This document shows positions 18,204 through 27,514 of a DNA stretch of 64,000 bases, piece by piece. This DNA comes from a virus (lineage: Duplodnaviria; Caudoviricetes). The first letter of the stretch is position 1. Each line of letters begins with the position of its first letter. Location of the stretch: the IMG/VR virus record IMGVR_UViG_3300049988_000286, positions 32,001-96,000 of that record, one strand, 5' to 3'. The translations under genes were made by a program, and so were the position numbers. Under the pieces are notes generated by a model. It was not told where the DNA came from. It saw only the letters and a program-made list of their open reading frames with translations, and ran no database searches.

Positions 18204-18794
18204 ATGTTGAATTTAGAGCACATGATGGAGCGATATGGAATAAAACTATTGGTGCTCTATCGTCGTTGCCATAATGGATATAATCGTGACCAGAACAGAA
18301 TAGCGATCTTCGAGTTTAGCGACTGGCGAGACATAGAGCGGCTCATCATGTGCGCCGACTACCCCTTCAAGCGGGGAGGGACTATCCTGAAGAGGATGAT
18401 TGGTGACGTTGATCGTGTCGGTCTCTTCCATACCAGCACGATTGATTACCTTTATGAGCGCTCGGCAAGTGTTGCCCCCGTCGAGTTCACGGTGTCATAT
18501 ACCTTGGTCAACCGCAGCTATATCGCGCGTGAGTATGACAACGTGATGATGTTGTTGGAGGGAGCATCGAAGGGTCAACAGAGCGGACGGCTCGCGCTGA
18601 TCACCAATAAGGATATGGCTGATGAACTCGATTGGCTCGGCGATTGGACTATCTGGATAAGCCCATCCTTCACCGCTGTAATCAAACTTTGGCCCTATCG
18701 TCGCATCGACGATCACGAACTCACGCTCTTTCGACTGCGCTGGGGACATTTGCTCCTTGCCCCGATGGAGAGTTCGAGTTACGCTGCGGTATGA
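18204..18794 (+). CDS. hypothetical protein ending in paralog-family motif
   Basis: DDHELTLFRLRWG. Confidence 0.65.
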   Translation: MLNLEHMMERYGIKLLVLYRRCHNGYNRDQNRIAIFEFSDWRDIERLIMCADYPFKRGGTILKRMIGDVDRVGLFHTSTIDYLYERSASVAPVEFTVSYTLVNRSYIAREYDNVMMLLEGASKGQQSGRLALITNKDMADELDWLGDWTIWISPSFTAVIKLWPYRRIDDHELTLFRLRWGHLLLAPMESSSYAAV

Positions 18795-19420
18795 ACCAAT
18801 TTCAAAAGCGCAAAGTCATCCTCCAGACTCTCCTTCAAGGGGAGGGCTACTATGATGCCTTGGCGGTGATGCACTACTGTGAACCTCACCACGCGGGAAC
18901 GCGCAAAGACGGGTTCACGCCCGAGTACTCCCACCAGATCAACATCGCGACCTTCGCCCTCGATCTTCCCGATCTCATGTATCGGCAGGACGTGATCGCA
19001 ACGATCTTCGGCCACGACACCAGCGAGGATGCTGGCCGGAAGTGGACGAAGATCGCCCGGCGGGTTCGTCGCTCCAAGAAGGCGCGCAAGCGTGTCGCTC
19101 GGGCGATCAAGAACATGACCAAGGAGTGGAAGGGTCAGCGCATCCCAGACGCTGATCTCTTCGCCAAGATGGCCCGCGATCCCGTCGCGTCGATCGCCAA
19201 GGGCTGCGACCGCATCCATAACCTGTCTTCGATGGTTGGTGTGTTCACGCCCGCGAAGCAGCGCGAATACATCCGGGAAGTCAGGGAGTTGTTCCTGCCG
19301 ATGCTCAAGCTGGCGCGGCGGCGCTTCCCCCATCAGGCGCGCGCCTACGAGATGATCAAGTTCGTCCTCATCTCGCAGATCACCCTGATCGAATCCGCCC
19401 TCAATGGAGCAGAGGCATGA
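18791..19420 (+). CDS. HD-domain hydrolase, RelA/SpoT (p)ppGpp-hydrolase-like
   Basis: H..TRKDG..PEYSH...GHDTSED...K.CDRIHN. Confidence 0.8.
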   Translation: MNQFQKRKVILQTLLQGEGYYDALAVMHYCEPHHAGTRKDGFTPEYSHQINIATFALDLPDLMYRQDVIATIFGHDTSEDAGRKWTKIARRVRRSKKARKRVARAIKNMTKEWKGQRIPDADLFAKMARDPVASIAKGCDRIHNLSSMVGVFTPAKQREYIREVRELFLPMLKLARRRFPHQARAYEMIKFVLISQITLIESALNGAEA

Positions 19421-19623
19421 ACGACCTTTTGGACAACAAAGAGCCCACGGTGTCGGCTCACGATCTCGCGCGCGAGCATACGCGGCGATGGCGCGACGCT
19501 GGGGAGATGATCGCCGCCGTGGCCTTCTCCGCTATGGCGCTGGGCGGTCTTCATTATCATGTCGAGTATGCGGGATGGCTGATCTTCTTGTCGGTCATCA
19601 TCGTGTGGCGACGAGTCGCATGA
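19417..19623 (+). CDS. small membrane protein
   Basis: two hydrophobic segments. Confidence 0.6.
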   Translation: MNDLLDNKEPTVSAHDLAREHTRRWRDAGEMIAAVAFSAMALGGLHYHVEYAGWLIFLSVIIVWRRVA

Positions 19624-20087
19624 AGGCGCTCCTGACCGAAATCATCTGGTTCGAAGGCCCCGCCCTGATCGCGTGCGATCATCGCTGCGACAAGGCGTGG
19701 GGGATGAATGGTCGCCTCGCGACAATCGGTAGCTATGCTCCTGCACAGATTCAGCTATCCGACGATGATGACGACCACGTTAACCTTGCCGATGCGGAGG
19801 TGGGCATAGCCCCGGAGGACACAGGCTGGTCCGAAGGACCGGACGGCAAGCCGTGGTTCCCGGAACGACACAATCGCTGGTGTGCCCGAGAGTGCGAACG
19901 CTCCTCGATCATCGATCCCGGTGATGCAGTGAAGATAACCGATTATCGGCAGAGGGTGTTCAACATACCGCATCTCCACGATGCCGAGAATGCCGTGATC
20001 GATTTCGGGTTCTCATTCCAGCCGAGCGGTCAAAAACACGCATCATTCATCGAGATAGATGTTGACACCTCGGAGACCATCAAGTAA
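19620..20087 (+). CDS. hypothetical protein
   Basis: coupled; ACDHRCDKAWG, WCARECER. Confidence 0.7.
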   Translation: MKALLTEIIWFEGPALIACDHRCDKAWGMNGRLATIGSYAPAQIQLSDDDDDHVNLADAEVGIAPEDTGWSEGPDGKPWFPERHNRWCARECERSSIIDPGDAVKITDYRQRVFNIPHLHDAENAVIDFGFSFQPSGQKHASFIEIDVDTSETIK

Positions 20088-20103
20088 ACCGATGATGTCT
20101 TGA

Positions 20104-20177
20104 CGCGAGGTGGTGAGATTAGTCCGTCCGGTTGCAAGCCGGGAGTAAGCTGGTGAAAGCCCCGGCCCCCGCGACCA
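20104..20177 (+). tRNA. degenerate tRNA-like gene, GCA anticodon
   Basis: CGCGAGG/CCCCGCG-A-CCA, TCCGG-TTGCAAG-CCGGG, T-loop TGAAAGCC, weak D-arm. Confidence 0.5.
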
Positions 20178-20185
20178 AGACATGT

Positions 20186-20262
20186 AGCGCTGTGTCCAGA
20201 GTGGTTATGGACTCTCCCCGCAAGGGAGAGATACGTGGGTTCGATTCCTCCCAGCGCTGCCA
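20186..20262 (+). tRNA. tRNA, GCA anticodon (Cys), atypical C33 and G73
   Basis: AGCGCTG/CAGCGCT-G-CCA; TCTCC-CCGCAAG-GGAGA. Confidence 0.7.
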
Positions 20263-20273
20263 ATCTATTTTGA

Positions 20274-20364
20274 GTGTCGGTGGCGGAGTCCGGCCGAACG
20301 CACAAGACTGCAAATCTTGCGAGGGCTTCCCTCCACGCCGGTTCAAATCCGGCCCGATGCTCCA
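20274..20364 (+). tRNA. tRNA-Cys(GCA) with long variable arm
   Basis: CAAGA-CTGCAAA-TCTTG, GAGGG-CTT-CCCTC V-arm, U73, CCA. Confidence 0.85.
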
Positions 20365-20374
20365 TAAATAGAAG

Positions 20375-20926
20375 ATGCGAGACATCATCGCGCTGATCGA
20401 AAGCGCTACCCTTCCGTTCAATCTCAACGACCAATTTGTGGCCAAAGTGCAAGCATACTTGCACGAGCATCTCGGTGATTGGGCCGATGATTTCCCTGAT
20501 CTCAAGCTGGCGATTATGCAAGCGTGGCAGTTGATCCACGATGAAGGCGTGCCAGACAATGGTGTGATCGAGGTTTATCGCGAGGAACTTCGTCCAAGTG
20601 AGCAGATCGCCAACCACAACTACGGCACCCTCGGTGCTTGCTGGTCGTGGGATGCCAATGGGGCGGGAACATGCCACCATGAAAACGCATATGACGAGCA
20701 CGGCCGGGAAAATGTCGAGGCCATTGTGTTCATCGGCGAGGTCTCGCTCTCCGATGTCGAATGGGTTCAGACCATCGCGAAGAATCTCGTGCTCAAGAAC
20801 GAGCGCGAGATCAACATCCGGGACGGCGCACGGGTGAGGCTTGAGGGTCAGTATAAGGCTGGCGCTCGGGGCTACGAACCGCTAGCCGATCAGGTATATC
20901 AAATCAGCAATATCAACGACTTCTAA
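20375..20926 (+). CDS. ADP-ribosyltransferase-like late protein
   Basis: MRDIIALIES; VYR...LGACWSW...NERE; 4 nt after TAAATA. Confidence 0.45.
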   Translation: MRDIIALIESATLPFNLNDQFVAKVQAYLHEHLGDWADDFPDLKLAIMQAWQLIHDEGVPDNGVIEVYREELRPSEQIANHNYGTLGACWSWDANGAGTCHHENAYDEHGRENVEAIVFIGEVSLSDVEWVQTIAKNLVLKNEREINIRDGARVRLEGQYKAGARGYEPLADQVYQISNINDF

Positions 20927-20927
20927 C

Positions 20928-20953
20928 GGAACGAACTCTCCTTGCCGTAAGTT
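20928..20953 (+). promoter_or_regulatory. possible EcfG/SigT (general stress) promoter
   Basis: GGAAC-N17-AGTT directly upstream of the LOV kinase. Confidence 0.35.
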
Positions 20954-20980
20954 AGATGGTCTGCTACCGGGGTAGAAATT

Positions 20981-22570
20981 TTGCGGGATTCGCGAGTGCC
21001 TGATAATCGGAACATCGACAGCCGTGGTAACTTGGATCACACGGAAGCGCAAGGCTTCGATAGCGATCACAGCGACATCTTCTATGCGGCAATCCAGCGT
21101 TCGCGGATGCCGATGATCCTCACCGATCCTAATCGTCCAGACAACCCGATCGTGTTTTTCAACACGGCCTTCTCGACGCTCACTGGATACCCCCCGGAGG
21201 AAATCCTAAATCGCAACTGTCGCTTCCTGCAAGGGGAGGAGACGGATCGCGATAAGGTCGCCTATGTGGGTCAACAGATTCTCGCGGAGAAGGACTGCTC
21301 GGTAGAGTTGCTCAACTACCGCAAGGACGGCACCTCGTTCTGGAACGCGCTCTTCATCTCGCCCGTCTATGACAATGACGGTAAGCTCGCGTATTACTTC
21401 GCATCCCAGCTTGACGTTACCCGGCGGGTGAAGAGCGAGGAGTTGCTTCGCCAGACCCAGAAGATCGAGACGCTGGGACAACTCACCGGCGGCATCGCGC
21501 ACGACTTCAACAACATGTTGACCGTGGTGATGGGCAACCTCAACATGGCGCAGAACGCCATGGAGGTGAAGCAACCCGATCGCGTATCAGTTTACCTCGA
21601 TCGCGCCATGGCGGCAGCAAAGTCGAGCGATCGTCTCACCCAGCAGCTTCTCTCCTTCGCGCGCAAGCAGCGGATGACGACGGAGCGTCTCGATCTCAAC
21701 GAGGTGGTGCGTCAGGTGCAGACGATGTTCGAGCGCGTGCTCACCACGGGCATCTACGTCTCCGCCGAACTCACCAGTGATCCGTGGATGGTTTCCCTCG
21801 ATCCCAGCCACGCACAGAGCGCTTTCCTCAACGTGCTCCTCAACGCTCGCGATGCCATCCCGGCGACCGGGGGCTCGATCAAGCTACGGACGCGTAATCG
21901 CATCGTCGATGCCGAAAATCCCTTCTACGACCTCGCAGAGGGTGCGTATGTGGAACTCTCGATCGAGGATACCGGGTCGGGCATGTCGGAGGAAACGAAG
22001 ATGCGCGTCTTCGAACCTTTCTTCACCACCAAGGGTGTGGGTAAGGGCACCGGCATGGGGCTCGCCATGGTGCATGGCTTTGCCGACCAGTCCAACGCCA
22101 CCATCATCATCGAGAGCACCGAGGGCGTGGGGACAACGATCTCCTTCATCTTCCCCACCGATGACGCTCACGCCGTAGAGAGGGACCGCCACAGCGGATC
22201 ACGCATCCTTGTCGTGGAGGACAACCAGATGCTCCGCGAGACGACGGTGGATTTCCTGCGGATGCACGGATTCACAGTGCGGGATGTCGATAGCGCCGAC
22301 AGCGCGATCAAGGCACTCGACGGCGGATACGTCCCCGACATCCTGTTCAGCGATGTCGTCATGCCGGGGACGATGGACGGCTTCGGTCTCGGCCGCGTTG
22401 TCCGTGACCGCTTCCCCAGCGTTCACGTGCTGCTCAACAGCGGGTGGACAGATGGTCGCGAGAACAACGACGAGTTCGAGGTGATGAGCAAGCCGTACGA
22501 TCTCACCAAGCTGGCAAGCGTGTTGACGCGCATGAGCGATCTCGATCGCGACAAAGCGCACGAGGGCTAG
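20981..22570 (+). CDS. LOV-domain hybrid histidine kinase (LOV-HisKA-HATPase-REC)
   Basis: NRNCRFLQG LOV motif; GGIAHDFNN H-box; NARDA, DTGSGM, FFTTK, GTGMGL; LFSDVVMPG and KPY receiver. Confidence 0.92.
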   Translation: MRDSRVPDNRNIDSRGNLDHTEAQGFDSDHSDIFYAAIQRSRMPMILTDPNRPDNPIVFFNTAFSTLTGYPPEEILNRNCRFLQGEETDRDKVAYVGQQILAEKDCSVELLNYRKDGTSFWNALFISPVYDNDGKLAYYFASQLDVTRRVKSEELLRQTQKIETLGQLTGGIAHDFNNMLTVVMGNLNMAQNAMEVKQPDRVSVYLDRAMAAAKSSDRLTQQLLSFARKQRMTTERLDLNEVVRQVQTMFERVLTTGIYVSAELTSDPWMVSLDPSHAQSAFLNVLLNARDAIPATGGSIKLRTRNRIVDAENPFYDLAEGAYVELSIEDTGSGMSEETKMRVFEPFFTTKGVGKGTGMGLAMVHGFADQSNATIIIESTEGVGTTISFIFPTDDAHAVERDRHSGSRILVVEDNQMLRETTVDFLRMHGFTVRDVDSADSAIKALDGGYVPDILFSDVVMPGTMDGFGLGRVVRDRFPSVHVLLNSGWTDGRENNDEFEVMSKPYDLTKLASVLTRMSDLDRDKAHEG

Positions 22571-22573
22571 GCG

Positions 22574-22936
22574 TTACCCGAACTTGGCGGAAAGGCGCTC
22601 GAAATCTGCGCGTTCCCGTTGTTCGCGCAGAGCGTCACGCTCCGCCTTCGCGCACGCGCGCGCGATCATCTCATCGTCGGTTTCCTCGCGGACGCCATAG
22701 ACGTAGATGTATTGTTCATCCCCGTAACCGTCACCGTGTTTGCGAAACTCGAAGGACTTATACTCGGGATAGTCTTCCTCGATGCGCGCCATATTGTCGC
22801 GGACCGAATCGAAAGAGTTCTCGACGTCGAACGACATTAGCTTGATGCTCACGACGCCGCGCGTCTCTGCGAGTTCGACGATCCTCGCCACGACTGCGCC
22901 GCGAATGTCGGCGATCTGCTGTTCGGTCAGGGGCAT
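22574..22936 (-). CDS. hypothetical protein
   Basis: GAGGAG SD; TTGACA-N16-TATCAG upstream (22955-22982). Confidence 0.75.
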   Translation of the reverse strand: MPLTEQQIADIRGAVVARIVELAETRGVVSIKLMSFDVENSFDSVRDNMARIEEDYPEYKSFEFRKHGDGYGDEQYIYVYGVREETDDEMIARACAKAERDALREQRERADFERLSAKFG

Positions 22937-22992
22937 GATGTTCTCCTCACGGCCCTGATAAACAATTACGACGAACTGTCAAGCTGGAACTA

Positions 22993-23026
22993 TTATGGCC
23001 CCTCATGTTGCCATGAGGGGCCATAA
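22993..23026 (-). terminator. 15-bp perfect hairpin closing the long non-coding region
   Basis: TTATGGCCCCTCATG-GCAA-CATGAGGGGCCATAA on the minus strand. Confidence 0.6.
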
Positions 23027-25067
23027 ATCCAGTAGCGTGAGACTATCACCACTGGTGCTTGATCGCACAGTCATTATCCCGTTGCCGAAGCGCGGGGTTC
23101 TACTGCTTGTCCTCGACCGAAGTCGCCACCAAGCGTCACCACACCAATCGTTACCCACTGGTGCCGTGGGGCATCCACAAACGATATCGGCAATCTTACG
23201 ACTACCGAACACCAGACCATGTGCTGATCTCGTGCTCCTCATTCTCCAAAGAGTGAGGAATTAGGTGACTCCCGTTCGTGGAGAACGGCTACTTCTGCAT
23301 TGCTCGCCCGCCGGTCCTATTTCGTCACCCGGAGGCGACATTCCTATAACCGTCGTGCGCGTCATCGGACGCTGCCTCTATCTCGGCTCCGACTTGCGTC
23401 GGAATACCTTCTCGCCCTCTATCAGCGGTTGCTCGCTGATCAATCCTTCGGACGACGTGGCTCCGTCACCCTCTGGACTGCCGATCCCACCCTTGTATGC
23501 CTACTCGGGCGCTTGGAGGAGCGCAGCGATGCTACACTCCGATCCGCGACTCGCGTCGCTGATTGACCGACTACTGGTTGACCGACTTGTGGGCGTATAA
23601 AGCGACAAGGAGCGGATGCTTATCCCCGACTTCCACTGACCTGTTTCTCCCGCGAGCGGGCATCGAGCCAGTGATTACTTCCCTTGTATCTACGCCGTCG
23701 AGGTCTGTTCCCCCTGACTTGCGTCAACAGAAACTCCCTCACGGGTGGTCCCAGCTTGCATAGATGAACCCCTGTGGCGTGACCCACACAGGCCCAAGGC
23801 TATGACCCCTGCCTTGGCTTACCAGCGGTTACCCGCTCGTTGCTCATTAGACTGCGCTACACCGCAGTATCGCGATCAAGCATCACCTGATCTCCACCCA
23901 ACACTTGCCGGGCTTCACAGACCTTGCGAGAGGCTGATTGCGGATTTTCCAGAGATACCGGCGAGATGGACACGATCCTAGAACCGCATCAGACAATTCG
24001 CCGGTATCCCTGCGGAACCGACTTTCATCGATCCCGATCTTTCAAGCACGGTTTGAGCGCTCCCGCGAAGGCGCGTTCGGACTTCCTCAACCGCGAGGTA
24101 TTGGAAGGCTTGGCAGTTTTCACCGCCGTTCACCGTGCTTGTGGTATCCGAGTAAACCCGGAGACCAAATTTCCGGAGAGGATTTTGCTACCGCAGCCCC
24201 GCAAAGGATTACAGCAGAATCGGCCTCTCCGTGGACCGGACCGAAGTCCTGCCCAAGATTTCAGGAGTTCTCATCTCAACTTCGGCGATGAAGGCATGGT
24301 GACCCGGCCATCGTCCTCGGTAGTAAGTCACTCCTGCGGTCCCGACCGAAGTCTGAACCGATTTTCCAAGGAGCCGCCTCGGTCATCCTGCGCTACATCG
24401 TATGACCGATATCCGCTCTGGCTGTCCTGCGCACTCCTTGTGGTAGATGTTCTCAACCTAAGTCTCGATCACCACCAATCTCGTGAGCGTTTGTTCCGCT
24501 CTGGAACCCTGATACTCAAACCCGAGGGTGAGCGTCAAGAAGTTTTTTCGAAGGGGATGACCAACCGAAGTTGATCATCCCGCTTCTGGATCAAGGCCTA
24601 GACCTCAACCCGTCTTTCGAGGTTGGTTTAGCGACACCGCCGTTTTCACGGCTGTGATCCAACCTCGCGGCGACAAGGGGTGAACCCAACGAACCACCCT
24701 TGCAACCGAACTTCCGGAGGGGACGGGGAGGTGAGCGTGCTTTTCAGCATATTCTCCGCCTTCCGGGCGAGGGTCGGCGGACCCCTCCGTGGCGCGACGC
24801 CGAAGCATCGTTGCCGTTTTCCGAGGATGACCAGCATGATACCGAAGTATCTTACCCGCCATCCTCGCGGTCAGGGATTTTCGACTCTGCTCGAAAGCAT
24901 CATCTACGGTCCCTTGACCGATCTCGTAAACTGATTGCCCCGAAGGGCTGTCAAAGAGCAGTATCGACCGAGGCCTATACTTCGGAAGCATCTCGGTAGT
25001 GAGTCATTCAACTCTCTACTTCAATCTAGGTTCCGCCGTTTGTCTTCGGCAGCGCCTCGTTTCCGTT
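22993..25067 (-). ncRNA. candidate giant structured non-coding RNA (or RNA cluster), ~2.1 kb
   Basis: no credible CDS; at least 8 C(UUCG)G and several GNRA hairpins on the minus strand; bounded by promoter and terminal hairpin. Confidence 0.7.
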
Positions 25068-25073
25068 GATCCG

Positions 25074-25103
25074 TCTATAGGGGTGAGGCTTTCGACCTGT
25101 CCA
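25074..25103 (-). promoter_or_regulatory. sigma70-like promoter facing the non-coding region
   Basis: A-rich upstream, TGGACA-N18-TATAGA on the minus strand. Confidence 0.5.
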
Positions 25104-25228
25104 GCACTTTTTTCACAGCCGTGCATTTTTTTCGTCATCACCCTATCGCGCAATCGAACTTCGGTGTTGCGATCCAGACGTGTAATTGATACCCTCGGGG
25201 TTGAAATCTTTTGGAGAACCAAACTCAA

Positions 25229-25696
25229 ATGAAGAAACATCTGTTCGGCGCGGTGCTGGCAAGTATCGCGCTCGTTCTTCCCGCCACGGCGCAGCCTTTG
25301 ACTCGCGAGCAACTCGGCTACCGCGTCGGCGTCACCCAAGTCGTCGATGGCGATACCCTGACCCTCGATGCACGATCGTGGTCCCCCTTCCCCAACCTCT
25401 CGTGGAAGGTACGCGTGCGCGGGATCGACACGCCGGAGAAGCGCAGCCAGTGCGTGGCGGAGCGTGAGGCAGCGGTTCGGGCAACCCGATACACCAAGAC
25501 CTTGATCGAGCGTGCGGGCAATCAGGTTTACATTCAGGAACCTCGTCATGACAAATATGGCGGACGTTTCCTCGGCGTGATCATTCTCCCCAATGGGGTC
25601 TCGCTCGCCGACACATTGATTCGCAGCGGTTACGCCCGCCCCTATAACGGCGGACAGCGCCGTCCGTGGTGCGTGTTCGGTCAGTATCGTCCATAA
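25229..25696 (+). CDS. thermonuclease (SNase) family protein with signal peptide
   Basis: VVDGDT, RVRGIDTPE, DKYGGRFLG, GYARPY. Confidence 0.9.
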   Translation: MKKHLFGAVLASIALVLPATAQPLTREQLGYRVGVTQVVDGDTLTLDARSWSPFPNLSWKVRVRGIDTPEKRSQCVAEREAAVRATRYTKTLIERAGNQVYIQEPRHDKYGGRFLGVIILPNGVSLADTLIRSGYARPYNGGQRRPWCVFGQYRP

Positions 25697-25708
25697 AAGG
25701 ATTGCGTC

Positions 25709-26272
25709 GTGGTGGTGACAAGTACGAGCACGTGGTCGGTGGTGATGCACAACACCAGTAAGGTGGCTCCGCCGCCATACGTCCACACGGTCGAGCGTGA
25801 TGGTCTGCGCGCCATGCGGCTCACTTGGTGGCGCATTAGAGGCTACAAGAACGACATCAACCCCGGTGTTGATGCCCGATATGAGCGTCGGGGATGGCTT
25901 GGTCTCACCGCCACGAACATGAGCGACCACGAATTCCGCGAGATCAGAAAGTGGTTCCGCGAGCGCGAGGGCGCGTGGGTATCGAAGAGGATCGGGGATT
26001 GTGACGAACCCCATATCCGCGAGATGATCGGCGAGTATGAGGATCACTGCGTGACGATGTGGTTCGCAACCGAGGCTCTCCTTGATGCCTTTGTCGAGTT
26101 CCTCAAGGCGTTTCCCGTCCGCGACACCGCCCTCCTGATCTCGCGCTCGGCTGACGTGCGCCACCTCATTACCGGAACCAATTTCCGGATCATCCGAGGC
26201 CGGGATCACGCGCTGCTCGCCATCACCGATGAAGTCGATGATACCTCTCGTATGCTGTTGCGCCTGATCTAG
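25709..26272 (+). CDS. hypothetical protein with paralog-family-like motifs
   Basis: KWFREREG; DDTSRMLLRLI. Confidence 0.6.
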   Translation: MVVTSTSTWSVVMHNTSKVAPPPYVHTVERDGLRAMRLTWWRIRGYKNDINPGVDARYERRGWLGLTATNMSDHEFREIRKWFREREGAWVSKRIGDCDEPHIREMIGEYEDHCVTMWFATEALLDAFVEFLKAFPVRDTALLISRSADVRHLITGTNFRIIRGRDHALLAITDEVDDTSRMLLRLI

Positions 26273-26487
26273 TCCCAGAGATCAGCGAGGGCATTCACTG
26301 CCTCCATGACAACCGCGAAAGCGAGCCCGGCGACTACTGCACCGATGACAGTCACGATCACGCCGATCCAGAACAGGATAAGGAGCGGGATCGTGATTGG
26401 TGACAAACAGAGAAAGAAGCGGCGAAGCCAGCGCGGCCAAGTCGCCGGTGAGGCGATGTCGAAGATTTGGTTGAGGAAGTCGATCAT
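26269..26487 (-). CDS. small membrane protein
   Basis: long hydrophobic segment. Confidence 0.6.
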   Translation of the reverse strand: MIDFLNQIFDIASPATWPRWLRRFFLCLSPITIPLLILFWIGVIVTVIGAVVAGLAFAVVMEAVNALADLWD

Positions 26488-26511
26488 CGCTCCTCATACC
26501 ATGACGAGCGC

Positions 26512-26937
26512 CTAGCCGGTATATTCCCGACAACGCATCCGGATCATCGCCATGTCTTCGGCATCGGGCGTGGTGATATAGAGCGAGTAAGGTGACCTGA
26601 TCGCAGTCATTGGTGTGAGCAACGACTCATCCAACCAGCGCTTCAAATGGGGTTCTGCCGAGACGATTATTTCATGACCGAGATGCCAACGAGGGTTGCG
26701 GATGAGGGGGAAGATGGTGCGCAGCGTGCTGACCGCCAAACGGAAACCGTTCTCATCGTCGGAATGTCCAATCGGTTCATCGAACTCATAGAAGATCATC
26801 GACTTGTCGGGAACGCCCATATCGAGGCGTCCGATTGCATGACCACCGACTGGTGCTGGTTGGCTCTCGAAGGTGAAACGAATATAACCGTCGAGGAAGA
26901 TTTCACCCGGCCACCAGCGATGTTTTACTTGACCCAT
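26512..26937 (-). CDS. hypothetical protein ending in paralog-family motif
   Basis: RWLDES...DAEDMAMIRMR. Confidence 0.6.
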   Translation of the reverse strand: MGQVKHRWWPGEIFLDGYIRFTFESQPAPVGGHAIGRLDMGVPDKSMIFYEFDEPIGHSDDENGFRLAVSTLRTIFPLIRNPRWHLGHEIIVSAEPHLKRWLDESLLTPMTAIRSPYSLYITTPDAEDMAMIRMRCREYTG

Positions 26938-26971
26938 AGCACCTAATCGTTTAGTCAATGGCTTGGAGATC

Positions 26972-27514
26972 ATGATGTCATATTCGGGCTGGAAAATCAA
27001 CGAGCAGGATCGCGCCGCCCTGCTGGCCGCGTTTCCGCCCCGGTACCCCGATGTTATGGCGCATCACGTCACCCTGCGTCGTGGCGACAAATCGGTTCCT
27101 GATTTCGCGCGCTTCGCCGTTGTGGGTCATGTCGATGATGGTCTGGGTTGCGAGGCGCTGATCGTTGCCCGCGACGGCATGACCGAGAACGGATCGCGGA
27201 CCTTCCACGTCACTTGGTCGATCGATCGCGAGGCGGGACGCAAGCCCGTGCACAGCAACGATGTGATCGCCGGGGGGTGGGAAGCCGTTGAGGCTCGGTC
27301 GTTCGAAGCTACGCCGTTCCGAGTGGATCACGATCGCGTCGAGCATTTTCACACCGATGAATCGGCTGCGAGATCGCGCTGCCGCGCCGAAGGCATGGAC
27401 CCCGATTTCGTTGGTGAGAAGGGATATGAGAACTGGCGCATGTTCACCGATGCGGCGCGAGCACAAACGCGGGCGTTCCTGCGCGCCACCGAAGAAATGA
27501 TTCGTGACCGATAG
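26972..27514 (+). CDS. 2H phosphoesterase-like protein
   Basis: AHHVTL and FHVTW HxT motifs. Confidence 0.6.
   Translation: MMSYSGWKINEQDRAALLAAFPPRYPDVMAHHVTLRRGDKSVPDFARFAVVGHVDDGLGCEALIVARDGMTENGSRTFHVTWSIDREAGRKPVHSNDVIAGGWEAVEARSFEATPFRVDHDRVEHFHTDESAARSRCRAEGMDPDFVGEKGYENWRMFTDAARAQTRAFLRATEEMIRDR

Noticed and set aside
23040-23047. GATAGTCT resembling a group I intron S element
   Set aside because: No R partner or interrupted host gene found
24079-24088. GAGGAAGTCC on the minus strand, resembling the RNase P P4 5' strand
   Set aside because: One base short of consensus and no matching 3' P4 strand found by eye; needs cmscan
23924-24574. 216-aa plus-strand ORF and other ORFs in the 23-25 kb gap
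   Set aside because: No SD or late box, Arg/Ser/Pro-rich, non-phage codon pattern; structure signals favour a minus-strand RNA
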